Assembly: GCF_009914755.1 (NCBI RefSeq)
Contig: NC_060945.1
DNA: 64,000 nucleotides
Source of the DNA: the human T2T-CHM13v2.0 reference genome, Homo sapiens
Reading direction: 5' to 3' (one strand)
Of the stretch, positions 27,923 to 43,447 are shown one piece after another (the stretch's first letter is position 1; each line of letters opens with the position of its first letter). The position numbers were made by a program, and so were the translations under genes. Under the pieces are notes generated by a model. The model did no database searches. It was not told where the DNA came from and saw only the letters and a list, made by a program, of their open reading frames with translations.

Positions 27923-30900
27923 GCAATGGAACACAACAAAATGGAAAAAACCCGAGTGGAATGGCATGGAATGGAAAGGACTTGAATATAATGGAATGGA
28001 TTGGTATCATCCCGATTAGAAATTAATGGAATGGAATGGAATGGAAAGGAATGGAATGGAATGGAACCTACACAAGTGGAATGGAATGAAATGGAAATAA
28101 ATGGAATGGAATAGAATGGAAAGGAATGGAACGGAATGGAATGGAATGGAATGGAATGGAATCTACCCGAGTGGAATGGAATGGAATGGAATTTAATGGA
28201 ATGGAATGGAATAGAATGGTATGGAATCAACCCGAGTGGAATGGTAAAGAATGCAATGTAATGGAACGGAATGGAATGGAATAAAATGGAATGGAATGGA
28301 ATGGAAACAACCCGAGTTGAATGGAATGGAATGGAATAACCGGAGAGGAATGGAATGGAATGCAGGGTAATGGAATGGAATAGAATGGAATGGAATGGAA
28401 TGGAATAGAATGAAATGGAAAGGAATGGAATAGAAACAACCCGAGTGGAATGGAATGGAATGGAATCCACCCGAGTGGAATGGAATGCAATGGAATTGAA
28501 CGGAATATAATGGAATTGAATAGAATCATCCTGAGTGGAATGGAATGGTATCTAATGCAATGGAGTGGAATGGAACAGAACTGAATGGGATGGAAAGAAT
28601 AGATTGAATCCAAGTGGAATTGAATGGAATGAAATGGATTCGAAAGGAATGGAATGGATTGGAATGGATTGGAATGGAAAGGAATGGATTCAACCCGAGT
28701 GGAATGTAATGGATTGGAATGGAGTGGAATGGAATGGAATGGAATCAACACGAATGGAATGGAACGGAATGGAATGGAATGGTATGGAATGAAATAGAAA
28801 GGAACGGAATAGAATCAACCAAAGTGGAATGGAATGGAATGGAATGGAAGGGAATCAACACGAGTGGAATTGAATGGAAAGGAATGCAATGGAATGGAAT
28901 GGAATGGAATGGAATGGAATGGAATGGAATGCAATGGAATTCAATGGAATCAACCCGAGTGGAATGGAATGCTATGGAATGCAATGGAATGGAGTGGAAC
29001 AGAACGGAATGGAATTGCATGGAATTGATTGAATCCGAGTGGAATTGAACGGAAGGGAATGCATTGGAATGGAAAGGAAAGGATTCAACCCGAGTGGAAT
29101 GTAATGGAATGGAGTGGAGTGGAATGGAATGGTATGGATTGGAATGGAATGGAATGGAATGGAATCAACACAAAGGGAATGGAATGGAATGGAATAGAAT
29201 GGAAAGGAATGGAATGGAATGGTATGGAATGTAATGTAATGGAATGGAATGGAATGAAATGGAATCAACCGGAATGGAATGGAATGGAATGGAATGGAAT
29301 GGAATGGAATGGAATGGAAATGAATCAAACCGAGTGGAATGGAATGGAATGGAATGGAAACAATGCCATGCAATGGTATCAACGGGAATGGAATGCATTG
29401 GAATGGAATGGAATGGAATCACCCTGAGTGGATAGGAAAGGAATGGAAGGGAATGGAAAGGAATGGAATGGAATGGAAACTAATGGAAGGGAATGGAAAC
29501 AACCCGAGTGGAATGGAATGGAATGGAATGGAATGGAATGGAATGGAATGGAATACAACAAAATGGAAACAACCCGAGTGGAATGGCATGGAATGGAAAG
29601 GACTTGAATATAATGGAATGGATTGGAATCAACCCGATTAGAAACTAATGGAATGGAATGGAATGGAATGGAATGGAATGGAATGGAATGGATTGGAATT
29701 TACCCGAATGGAATGGAATGTAATGAAATTAAATGGAATGGAAAGGAATGGAAAGGAATGGAATGGAATCTACACGAGTGGAATGGAATTGAATTGAATT
29801 TAATGGAATTGAACGGAATACAATGATATGGAATCAACCCGTGTGGAATGGTATAGAATGTAATGTAATGGAATGGAATGGAATAAAATGGAATGGACTG
29901 GAATGGAAACAAAACGAGTGGAACGGAATGGAATAACCTGAGAGGAATGGAATGGAATGGAGTGGCATGGAATGGAATAGAATGGAATGGAATGGAATGG
30001 AATAGAATGAAATTGAAAGGAATGGAATGGAAACAACCCGTGTGGAATGGAATGGAAAGGAATCAACCTGAAGGGTATGGAATGGAATGGAATGGAATGG
30101 AATGGAATGGAATGGAATGGAATCAACCAGAGTGGAATGCAATGGAATGAAATGGAATTGAAATGAATGGAATGGAACGGAATGGAACGGAACGGAATTG
30201 AATCGAATGGAATCAACCCAAATTGAAAGGAATGGAATGGAATGGACTGGAATGGAATGGAATGGAATGGAATGGAATGGAATGGATTGGAATGGATTCA
30301 ACACAAATGGAATGGAATGGAACGGAATGGAATAGAATGGAAAGGAGTGGAATGCAATTGAATGGAATGAAATGGAATAAACCCGAATGGAATGGAATGG
30401 AATGGAATGGAATTGAGTGGAATGGAATAAACACCAGTGGAATGAAATGGAATGGAATGGAATGGAATGAAATCAACACGAGTAGAACGGAACGGAATGG
30501 AATGGAATGGAAAGGAATGGAATCAACTGGAATGGAATGAAATGGAATGGAATGGAGTGGAATGTAATGGAATGCAATGGAATCAACAAGAGTGAAATGC
30601 AAAGGAATGGAATGGAATGGAATAGAATGGAATGGAATGGAATACAACAAAATGGAAAGAACTCGAGTGGAATGGCAAGGAATGGAAAGGACTTGAATAA
30701 AATGGAATGGATTGGAATCAACCCGATTAGAAACTAGTGGAAAGGAATGGAATGGAATGGAATCTGCCCGAGTGGAATGGAATGGAATGGAATTGAATGG
30801 AATGGAATGGAGTGGAATAGAATAGAATGGAATGGAATGGAACGGAATGGAAGGGAATTGAATGGAATAGAATGGAATCGAATCTACCCGAGTGGAATGG

Positions 30901-33900
30901 AATGGAAAGGAATTTAATGGAATGGAAAGGAATGGAATGGAATGGAATGGAATGGAATGGAATGGAATGGAATGGAATAAACACCAGTGGAATGAAATGG
31001 AATGGAATGGAATGGAATGCAATGGAATGGAATGGAATGGAGTGGAATGGAATAAACACCAGTGGAATGAAATGGAATGGAATGGAATGGAATGCAATGG
31101 AATGGAATGGAATGGAATGGAATGGAATGGAAACTACTGGAATGGAATGGAAACAACCCGAGTGGAATGGAATGCAATGGAATGGAATGGAATGGAATGA
31201 CACGGAATGGAATGGAATGGACTGGAATGGAATTTAAAGGAATGGAATGGAATCAACCCGACTGGAATGGAATGGAATGTAAAGCAGTGAATGGAATGTA
31301 ATGGAATGAAATGGAATGGAATGGAATGGTATGCAATGCAGTGGAATGGATTTGAATGGAATGGAATGGAACGGAACGGAACGGAATGGAATGGAATGGA
31401 ATGGAATGGAATGGAATGGACACCAATGGAATGGAATGGAATTGAATGGAATGGAATGGAATGGATTGGAATGGATGGGAATGGAATGGAACGGAATTAA
31501 CCGGAGTGGAATGCAATGGAATGGAATGGAGTGGAATGGAATCAACCCGAGTGGAATGGAATGGAATGGAATGGAATGGAATGGAATGGAATGGAATCAA
31601 CACGAATGGACTGGAACGAAATGGAATGGAATGGATTGGAATGGAATGGAATGGAATGGAATGGAATGGAATGGAATGGAATGGAATGGAATAGTATGGT
31701 ATGGAATGAAATGGAAAGAAACAGAATGGAATCAACCCAAGTGGAGTGGAATAGAATGGAATGGAAGGGAATCAATACGAGTCAAATGGAATGGAGTGGA
31801 ATGCTATGGAATGGAATGGAATGAAATGAAATGGAATGTAATGGAATGGAATGGAATTCAAGGGAATCAATCCGAGTGGAATGGAATGGTATGGAATGCA
31901 ATGGAATGGAGTGGAACAGAACGGAATGGAATGGAATGGAATTGATTGAATCCGAATGGAATTGAATGGAAGGGAATGCATTGGAATGGAATAGAAAGGA
32001 TTCAACCCGAGTGGAAAGTAATGGATTGGAATGGAATGGAAAGGAATGGAATGGAATCAACACAAATGGAATGGAATGGAATGGAAAGGAATGGATTGCA
32101 ATGGAATGGAATGGAATGGAATGGAATGGAATGGAATGGAAATGAAAGGAATGGAATGCAATGGAATGGAATGGAATGCAATGGAATGGAATGGAATGCA
32201 ATGGAATGGAATGGAATGAAATGAAATAAACCCGAATGGAATGGAATGGAATGGAATGCAATGCCATGGAATGGAATGGAATGGAGTGGAATGGAATAAA
32301 CAGAAGTGGAATGAATTGGAATGGAATGAAATGGAATGGAATGGAATGGAATGGACTGGAATGAAATAAACCCGAGTAGAATGGAACGGAATGGATTGGA
32401 ATGGAAAGGAATTGAATAAACTGGAATGGAATGAAATGGAATGGAAGGGAGTGGAATGGAATGGAATACAATGGAATCAACACGAGTGGAATGCAATGCA
32501 ACGGAAGGGAAAGGAATGGAATGGAACGGAACCAACCCGAGTGGAGTGGAATAAAGTGGAATGGAATGGAGTATGATCAACCTGAGTGGAACGGAATGCA
32601 ATGGAATGGAATGGAATGGAATGGTTTCAACCAGAGTGGAATGGAATGGAATGGAATGGAACGGAATGGAATGCAATGGACGTAACTGGAATGGAATGGA
32701 ATGGAATGGAATGGAATGGAATGGAATGGAACGGAATCAACATGAGTCAAATGGAATGGAATGGAATGGAATGGAATGGAATGGAATGGAGTCAACACGA
32801 ATGGACTGGAACGTAATGGAATGGAATGGAATGGAATGGTATGGTTTGGAATGAAATGGAAAGGAACGGAATGGAATCAACCCAAGTGGAGTGGAATAGA
32901 ATGGAATGGAAGGGAATGAAGACGAGTCAAATGGAATGGAATGGAATGCAATGGAAAGGAATGGAATGCAATGAAATGGAATGGAATGGAATGGAATGGA
33001 ATGCAATGGAATGGAATGGAATTCAGTGAAATGGAATGGAAAAGAATGGAATGGAATAGAATGGAATCTACTGTAATGGAATGGAAACAACCTGAGTGGA
33101 ATGGAATGCAATGGAATGGAATGGAATGGAATGGAATGGAATGGAATGGAAAGGAACGGAATGTAAAGGAATGGAATGGAATCAACCCGACTGGAATGGA
33201 ATGGAATGGAAAGGAATGAATGGAATGGAATGGAATGGAATGGAATGGAATGGAATGGAATGGAATGGAATTGTATGGAATACAATGATATGGAATTGAA
33301 TGGAATGGAACGGAATGGAACGGAATGGAATGGAATGGACCCCAATGGAATGGAATGGAATGGAATGGATTGGAATGGAATGGAACGGAATTAACCCGAG
33401 TGGAATGGAATGGAATGGAATGGAGTGGAATGGAATGGAATGGAATGGAATGGAATGGAATGGAAAGGAATCAACCCGAGTGGAATGCAATGAAATGGAA
33501 TGCAATGGAATGGAATGGTATGGAATCAACCCTAGTGAAATGGTATGGAATGGAATGGAATGGAACAGAATGGAATGGAATCATCCCGAATGGAATGGAA
33601 AGGAATGGAGAGGAATGGTACGGTATGGAATGGAATGGAAAGGAATCAACCCGAAGGTTATGGAATGGAATGCAATGGAATGGAATGGAATCAACCCGAG
33701 TGGAATGCAATCGAATAAAATGGAATGGAATGAAACGGAAAGGAACGGAATGGAACGGAATTGAAAGGAATGGAATCAAACCGAGTGGAAAGGAATGGAA
33801 TGGAATGAAATGCAATGGTGTGGAATGGAATGGAAAGGAATAACATGCAATCGACTTTAGTGGAATGGTATGGAATGGAATAATATGCAATCAACTTTGG

Positions 33901-34466
33901 TGGAATGGTATAGAATGGAATGGAATGGAAAGGAATCAACCTGAAGGGTATGGAATGGAATGGAATGGAATGGAATGGAATGGAATTGAATTGAATGGAA
34001 TGGAATGGAATGGAATCAACCAGAGGGGAATGCAATGAAATGAAATGGAATGGAATGGAACGGAAAGCAATGGAACGGAACGGAATTGAATGGAATGGAA
34101 TGAACCCGAGTGGAAAGGAATGGAATGGAATGGAATGGAATGGAATGGAATAACATGCAATCAACTTTGGTGGAATGGTATGGAATGGAATGGAATGGAA
34201 TGGAATCGAATGGAATGGAATCAACCCGAGTGGAATGCAATGGAATGAAAAGGAATGGAATGGAACGGAACGGAACGGAACGGAACGGAATGGAATGGAA
34301 TGGAATCAACCCGAGGGGAAAAGAATGGAATGGAATGGAATGGAATGGAATGGAATGGAATGGAATGGAATGGAATAAAAGGGCATGGAATGGAATGGAA
34401 TCATCCCGAGGGGAATGGAATGGAATGGAATGGAATGGAATGGAATGGAATGGAATGGAATGGAAT
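27923..34466 (+). repeat. Block B copy 2 (~6.5 kb)
   Basis: Same landmark order as B1 at an offset of ~7.8-7.9 kb (ACTAGT at 30733 vs 22887, offset 7,846). Confidence 0.9.
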
Positions 34467-37400
34467 CAACCTGAGTTGAACGGAATGGAATGGAATGGAA
34501 TGGAATGGAATGGAATGGTATCAACCAGAGTGGAATGGAATGGAATTGAATGGAATGGAACGGAATGGAATGCAATGGAATCAACTGGAATGGAATGGAA
34601 TTGAATGAAATGGAATGGAATCAACCTCAGTCAAATAGAATGGAATGGAATGGAATGGAATGGAATGGAATGGAATGGAATGGAATGGAATGGAATGGAA
34701 GGGAAAGGAACGGAATGGAATCAACCCGAGTGGAATGGAATGGAATGGAATGGAATCCACCCGAGTGGAATGGAATGGAATGGAATGCAATGGAATTGAA
34801 CGGAATATAATGGAATTAAATGGAATCATCCCGTGTGGAACAGATTGGTATCTAATGCAATGGAATGGAATGGAACAGAACGGAATGGAATGGAAGAATA
34901 GATTGAATCCAATTGGAATTGAATGGAATGGAATGGATTGGAAAGGAATGGAATGGATTGCAATGGATTGGAATGGAAAGGAATGGATTCAGCCCGAGTG
35001 GAATGTAATGGATTGGAATGGAATGGAATGGAATGGAATGGAATGGAATGGTATGGAATGAAATGGAAAGGAACGGAACAGAATCAACACAAGTGGAATG
35101 GAATGGAAAGGAATGCAATTGAATGGAATGGAATGGAATGGAATGGAATGGAATGGAATGGAATGGAATCAACCCGAGTGGAGTAGAATGGAATGGAATG
35201 GAATGAACCGCAGTGGAATGGAATGGAATGGAATGCAATAGAATGGAATGGAATGGAAAGGAATGGAATTCAATGGAATCAACCCGAGTGGAATGGAATG
35301 GTATGGAATGCAATGGAATGGAGTGGAACAGAACGGAATGGAATGGAATGGAAATGATTGAATCTGAGTGGAATTGAATGGAAGGGAAAGCATTGGAAAG
35401 GAATGGAAAGGATTCAACCCGAGTGGAATGTAATGGATTGGAATGGAGTGGAATGTAATGGAATGGATTGGAATGGAATGGAATCAACACAAATGGAAAG
35501 GAATGGAATGGAATGGAATAGAATGGAAAGGAATGGAATGCAATGGAATGGAATGGAATGGAATGAAATGGAATAAACCCGAATGGAATGGAATGGAATG
35601 GAATGGAATGGAATGAATTGGAATAAACCCGAGTGGAATGGAATGGAATGGAATGGAAAGGAATGGAATGGAGTGGAATGGAATGGACTGGAATGGAATG
35701 CAAAGTAATGGAATGGAACCAACCCGACTGGAATGGAATGGAATGGAATGGAAAGGAATGAATGGAATGGAATGGAATGGAATGGTATGGAATGCAATCG
35801 GATGGAATTCAATGGAATGGAACACAATGGAATGGAATGGAATGGAATGGGCCCCAATGGAATGTAATGTAATGGAATGGATTGGAATGGAATGGAATGG
35901 AATTAACCCGAGTGGAATGGAATGTAATGGAATGGAATGGAATGGAATCAACCCGAGTGGAAAGGAATGGCATGCAATCGAATGGAATGGAATGGAATCA
36001 ATCCAAGAGGAATGGAATGGAATGAAATGGAAAGCAATGGAATGGAATGGAATGGAATGGAATGGAATGGAATGGAATGGAATGGAATGGAATCAACCCG
36101 AGTGGAAAGGAATGGCATGCAATCGAATGGAATGGAATGGAATGGAATCAATCCAAGAGGAATGGAATGGAATGGAATGGAATGCAATGGAATGGAATGG
36201 AATGGAATGGAATGGAATGGAATGGAAATGAATCAAACCGAGTGGAATGTAATGTAATGTAATGGAATGGAATGGAATTTAAACAATGCAATGCAATGGT
36301 ATCAACTGGAATGGAATGCATTGGAATCGAATGGAATGGAATCACCCAGAGTTTAAAGGAATGGAATGGAATGGAATGGAATGGAATGGAATGGAATGGA
36401 AAGGAATGGAATGGAATGGAAACTACAGGAACCGAAAAGAAAGAACCCGAGTGGAATGGAATGCAATGCAATGGAAAGGAATGGAATGGAATGGAATGGA
36501 ACGGAATAAAATGGAATGGAATGGAATCATCCCGAGTGGAATGGAATGACATGGAATGCAATAGAATGGAATGGAACAGAACGGAATGAAATGGAATGGA
36601 ATAGATTGAATGCGAGTGGAAATGAATGGAACGGAATGGATTGGAATGGAATGGAATGGATTGAAGTGGAATGGAATGGAATCAACACGAATGGAATGGA
36701 ACGGAATGGCAGGGATTGGAAAGGAACGGAATGGAATCAACCCGAGTGGAATGGAATGGAATGGAATCCACCCGATTGGAATGAAATGGAATGCAATGTA
36801 ATGGAATGCATTGGAATCAACTCGAGTGGAATGGAATGGAATGGAATGGAATGGAATGGAATGGAATGGAAGAGAATCGAATCCAATGGAATCAACTGGA
36901 ATGGAATGGAATGGAATGGAATGGAATGGAATGGAATGGAATGGAATCAATCCGGGTGGAATGGAATGGAATGGAATGGAGTGCACTGGAATTAAATGGA
37001 GTGGAATGGAATGGAATGGAATCAACCCGTATGGAATGGAACGGAATGGAATGGAAAGGAATGGAATGGAATGGAATGGAATGGAATGGAATGGAATGGA
37101 ACAGAATAGAATGGAATCAGCCCAAATGGGATGGAATGGAATGGAATGGAATGGAATGGAATGGAATGGAATGGAATGGAATGGAATGGAATGGAATGGA
37201 ATACAACAAAATGGAAACAACCCGTGTGGAATGGCATGGAATGGAAAGGACTTGAATATAATGGAATGGATTGGTATCAACCCGATTAGAAATTAATGGA
37301 ATGGAATGTAATAGAATTAAATGGAATGGAATAGAAAGGAATGGAATGGAACGGAATGGAATGGAATGGAATGCAATGGAATCTACACGAGTGGAATGGA

Positions 37401-40400
37401 ATGGAATGGAATTTAATTGAATGGAATGGAATAGAATGGTATGGAATCAACCGGAGTGGAATGGTAAAGAATGCAATGTACTGGAACGGAATGGAATGGA
37501 ATAAAATGGATTGGAATGGAAAGGAAACAACCCGAGTTGAATGGAATGGAATGGAATGGAATGGAATGGAATGGAATGGAATGGAATGGAATCAACCCGA
37601 GTGGAGTAGAATGGAATGGAATGGAATGGAATGAACCGCAGTGGAATGGAATGGAATGGAATGCAATAGAATGGAATGGAATGGAATGGAATGGAATTCA
37701 ATGGAATCACCCAGAGTGGAGTGGAATGGTATGGAATGCAATGGAATGGAGTGGAACAGAACGGAATGGAATGGAATGGAAATGATTGAATCTGAGTGGA
37801 ATTGAATGGAAGAGAAAGCATTGGAAAGGAATGGAAAGGATTCAACCCGAATGGAATGGAATGGATTGGAATGGAGTGGAATGGAATGGAATGGAATGGA
37901 ATGGAATCAACACAAATGGAATGGAATGGAATGGAAGGGAATGGAATGCAATGGAATGGAATGGAATGGAATGGAATTAAATGGAATAAACCGGAATGTA
38001 ATGTAATGGAATGGAATGGAATGGAATGGAATGGAATGGAATGGAATGGAAACTACTGGAACCGAATGGAAAGAACCCGAGTGGAATGGAATGGAATGGA
38101 ATGGAATGGAATGGAATGGAATGGAACGGAATAAAATGGAATGGAATGGAATCATCCCGAGTGGAATGGAATGGCATGGAATGCAATAGAATGGAATGGA
38201 ACAGAACGGAATGAAATGGAATGGAATAGATTGAATGCGAGTGGAATTGAATGGAACGGAATGGATTGGAACGGAATGGAATGGATTGAAGTGGAATGGA
38301 ATGGAATCAACACGAATGGAATGGAACGGAATGGCAGGGATTGGAAAGGAACGGAATGGAATCAACCCGAGTGGAATGGAATGGAATGGAATCCACCCGA
38401 TTGGAATGAAATGGAATGGAATGTAATGGAATGCATTGGAATCAACTCGAGTGGAATGGAATGGAATGGAATGGAATGGAATGGAACAGAAATGAATCCA
38501 ATGGAATCAACTGGAATGGAATGGAATGGAATGGAATGGAATGGAATGGAATGGAATGGAATCAATCCGGGTGGAATGGAATGGAATGGAATGGAGTGCA
38601 CTGGAATTGAATGGAGTGGAATGGAATGGAATGGAATCAACCCGTATGGAATGGAACGGAATGGAATGGAAAGGAATGGAATGGAATGGAATGGAATGGA
38701 ACAGAATAGAATGGAATCAGCCCAAATGGGATGGAATGGAATGGAATGGAATGGAATGGAATGGAATGGAATGGAATGGAATGGAATGGAATTCTATGGA
38801 ATCAACCGTAGTGTAATGTAAATGAATGGAATATAATGGAATGGAATGGAAGGGAATGGAATCAACCCAAGTGCATTGGAATGGAATGGAATGCAACGGA
38901 ATCAACCCGAGAGTAATGGAATGGAAAGCAATTGAATGGAATGGAAAGGAATGGAATGGAATCAACCCGACAGGAATGGAATGGAATGGTATGGAATCAA
39001 ACCGAGTGGAATGGAATGGAATGGAATGGAAAGGAATGCAATGGAATGGAATGGAAAGGAATGGAATGGAATGGAATGGAAAGAACCCGAATGGAAAGGA
39101 ATGGAATGGAATTGAATGGATTGGAATGGAATGGAATTGAATCAACCCGAGTGGAATGGAATGGAATCGAGTGGAGTTGAATGGAATGGAATGGAATGGA
39201 ATAAAATAAACCCGAATGGAATGGAATGGAATGGAATGGAATGGAATGGAATGGAAAGGAATCAACCTGAGTGGAGTGGAATGGAATGGAATTTCATGAA
39301 ATGGAATGGAATGGAATGGTATGGAATAAACACGAGTGGAATGGTATGGAATGCAAAGGAATGGAACGGAATGGAATGGAATAAAATGGAATGGAATGGA
39401 ATGGAATCAACTCGAGTGAAATGGAATGGAATGAAATGGAATGGAAAGGAATGAAATCAACCGGAGTGCAGTGGAATGGAATGGAGTGGAATGGAATGGA
39501 ATGGAATGGAATGGAATGGAATGGAATGGAATGGAATGGCATGGAATGGAATGCAATGGAATACAACAAAATGGAAACAACCCGTGTGGAATGGCATGGA
39601 ATGGAAAGGACTTGAATATAATGGAATGGATTGGTATCAACCCGATTAGAAATTAATGGAATGGAATGTAATAGAATTAAATGGAATGGAATAGAATGGA
39701 ATGGAACGGAACGGAATGGAATGGAATGGAATGGAATGGAATGGAATGGAATGGAATGGAATGGAATGGAATGGAATCTACACGAGTGGAATGGAATGGA
39801 ATGGAATTTAATGGAATGGAATGGAATAGAATGGTATGGAATCAACCCGAGTGGAATGGTAAAGAATGCAATGTAATGGAACGGAATAGAATGGAATAAA
39901 ATGGATTGGAATGGAATGGAAACAACCCGAGTTGAATGGCATGGAATGGAATGGAATAGAATGGAATGGAATGGAGTAACCGGAGAGGAATGGAATGGAA
40001 TGCAGTGTAATGGAATGGAATAGAATGGAATGGAATGAAATGGAATGGAATAGAATGAAATGGAAAGGAATGGAATAGAAACAACCCGAGTGGAATGGAA
40101 AGGAATGGAATCCACCCGAGTGGAATGGAATGCAATGGAATGGAACTGAATATAATGGAATTGAAAGGAATCATCCCGAGTGGAATGGAATGGTATCTAA
40201 TGCAATGGAGTGGAATGGAACAGAACGGAATGGAATGGAAAGAATAGATTGAATCCAAGTGGAATTGAATGGAATGAAATGGATTGGAAAGGAATGGAAT
40301 GGATTGGTATGGAAAGGAATGGATTTAACCCGAGTGGAATGTAATGGATTGGAATGGAGTGGAATGGAATGGAATGGAATCAACACGAATGGAATGGAAC

Positions 40401-43400
40401 GGAATGGAACGGAATGGAATGGAATGGTATGGAATGAAATAGAAAGGAACGGAATAGAATCAACCCAAGTGGAATGGAATTGAATGGAATGGAAGGGAAT
40501 CAACACGAGTGGAATTGAATGGAAAGGAATGCAATGGAATGGAATGGAATGGAATGGAATGGAATGGAATCAACCCGAGTGGAATGGAATGGAATGGAAT
40601 GCAATAGAATGGAATGGAATGGAATGGAATGGAATGGAATGGAATGGAATGGAATGGAATTCAATGGAATCAAACCGAGTGGAATGGAATGCTATGGAAT
40701 GCAATGGAATGGAGTGGAACAGAACGGAATGGAATTGAATGGAATTGACTGAATCCGAGTGGAATTGAACGGAAGGGAATGCATTGGAATGGAATGGAAA
40801 GGATTCAACCCGAGTGGAATGAAATGGAATGGAGTGGAGTGGAAAGGAATGGTATGGATTGGAATGGAATGGAATGGAATCAACACAAAGGGAATGGAAT
40901 GGAATGGAATAGAATGGAAAGGAATGGAATGGAATGGTATGGAATGCAATGTAATGGAATGGAATGGAATGAAATGGAATAAACCCGAATGTAATGGAAT
41001 GGAATGGAATGGAACGGATTGGAATGGAATGGAATGGAATGGAATGGAATGGAATGGAATGGAGTGGAATGGAATGGAAATCAGTCAAACCGAGTGGAAT
41101 GTAATGGAATGGAATGGAATGGAATGGAAAGAGTGCAAAGCAATGCTATCAAAGGGAATGAAATGCATTGGAATGGAATGGAATGGAATCACCCTGAGTG
41201 GAAAGGAATGCAGTGGAATGGAATGGAAAGGATGGAATGGAAAGGAAACTAATGGAACGGAATGGAAACAACCCGAGTGGCATGGAATGCATTGGAATGG
41301 AATGGAATGGAATGGAATGGAATGGAATACAACAAAATGGAAACAACACGAGTGAAATGGCATGGAATGGAAATGACTTGAATATAATGGAATGGATTGG
41401 AATCAACCCGATTAGAAACTAATGGAATGGAATGGAATGGAATGGAACGGAATGGAATCTACACATGTGGAATGGAAAGTAATGGAATTAAATGGATTGG
41501 AATGGAATGTAATGGAATGGAACGGAATGGAATGGAATGGAATGGAATCTACCCGAGTGGAATGGAATGGAATGGAATTTCATGGAATGAAATGGAATAG
41601 AATGGTATGGAATCAACCCGAGTGGAATGGTAAAGAATGCAATGTAATGGAACGGAATGGAATGGAATAAAATGGAATGGAATGGAATGGAAACAACCCG
41701 AGTTGAATGGAATGGAATGGAATGGAATGGAATAACCGGAGAAAAATGGAATGGAATGCAGTGTAATGGAATGGAATAGAATGGAATGGAATGGAAAGGA
41801 ATGGAATAGAATGAAATGGAAAGGAATGGAATAGAAACAACCCGAGTGGAATGGAATGGAATGGATTCCACCCGAGTGGAATGGAATGGAATGGAATGGA
41901 AAGGAATACAATGGAATGGAATGGAACCGTCCCGAGTGGAATGGAATGGTATGGAATGCAATAGAATGTAATGGAACAGAACGGAATGAAATGGAATGGA
42001 ATAGATTGAATGCGAGTGGAATTGAATGGAACGGAATGGATTGGAATGGAATGGAATGGATTGGAGTGGAATGGAATGGAATCAACACGAATGGAACGGA
42101 ATGGAATGGCATGGATTGGAAAGGAACGGAATGGAATCAACCCAAGTGGAATGGAATGGAATGGAATCCACCCGATTGGAATGAAATGGAATGGAATGGA
42201 ATGGAATGTATTGGAATCAACTCGAGTGGAATGGAATGGAATGGAATGGAATGGAATGGAATGGAATGGAATGGAACAGAATCGAATCCAATGGAATCAA
42301 CTGGAATGGAATGGAATGGAATGGAATAAATCCGGGTGGAATGGAATGGAATGTAATGGAGTGCACTGGAATTGAATGGAGTGGAATGGAATGGAATGGA
42401 ATGGAAAGGAATGGAATCAACCCGTATGGAATGGAACGGAATGGAATGGAAAGGAAGGGAATGGAATGGAATGGAACAGAATAGAATGGAATCAGCCCGA
42501 ATGGGATGGAATGGAATGGAATGGAATAGAATGGAATGGAATGGAATGGAATGGAATGGAATGGAATGGAATTCTATGGAATCAACCGTAGTGTAATGTA
42601 AATGAATGGAATATAATGGAATGGAATGGAAGGGAATGGAATCAACCCAAGTGCATTGGAATGGAATGGAATGCAACGGAATCAACCCGAGAGTAATGGA
42701 ATGGAAAGGAATGGAATGGAATGGAAAGAAATGGAATGGAATCAACCCGACAGGAATGGAATGGAATGGTATGGAATCAAACCGAGTGGAATGGAATGGA
42801 ATGGAATGGAATGGAATGGAATGGAATGGAATGGAATGGAATGGAATTTAATGGAGTGCTATGGAATCAACCCGAGTGGAATGGAATGGAATGGAATGGA
42901 ATGGAATGGAATGGAATGGAATGGGATGGAATGGAATGCAATGGAATGGAATGGAATGGAATGGAATGGAATGGAATGGAATGAACCCGAATGGAATGGA
43001 ATGGAATGGAATTGAATGGATTGCAATGGAATGGAATTGATTCAACCCGAGTGGAATGGAATGGAATCGAGTGGAGTTGAATGGAATGGAGTGGAATGGA
43101 ATGGAATGGAATGGAATGAAATAAACCCGAATGGAATGGAATGGAATGGAATGGAATGGAATGGAATGGAATGGAAAGGAATCAACCCGAGTGGAGTGGA
43201 ATGGAATGGAATTTCATGAAATGGAATGGAATGGAATGGTATGGAATAAACACGACTGGAATGGTATGGAATGGAACGGAATGGAATGGAATAAAATGGA
43301 ATGGAATGGAATGGAATCAACTCGAGTGAAATGGAATGGAATGAAATGGAATGGAAAGGAATGTAATCAACCGGAGTGGAGTGGAATGGAATGGAGTAGA

Positions 43401-43447
43401 ATGGAATGGAATGGAATGGAATGGAATGGAATGGAATGGAATGGAAT
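34467..43447 (+). repeat. Block A copy 2 (~9.0 kb)
   Basis: Same landmark order as A1; GGGCCC at 35849. Confidence 0.9.

Larger units (their letters stand above)
11186..34466 (+). repeat. Putative ~23.3 kb higher-order repeat unit (A1-B1-C-B2)
   Basis: The start landmark CAACCTGAGTTGAACGG at 11186 recurs at 34467. The rare GGGCCC at 12568 recurs at 35849 (offset 23,281). Matching ORF translations at 19701 and 43042 are offset by 23,341. Confidence 0.75.
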
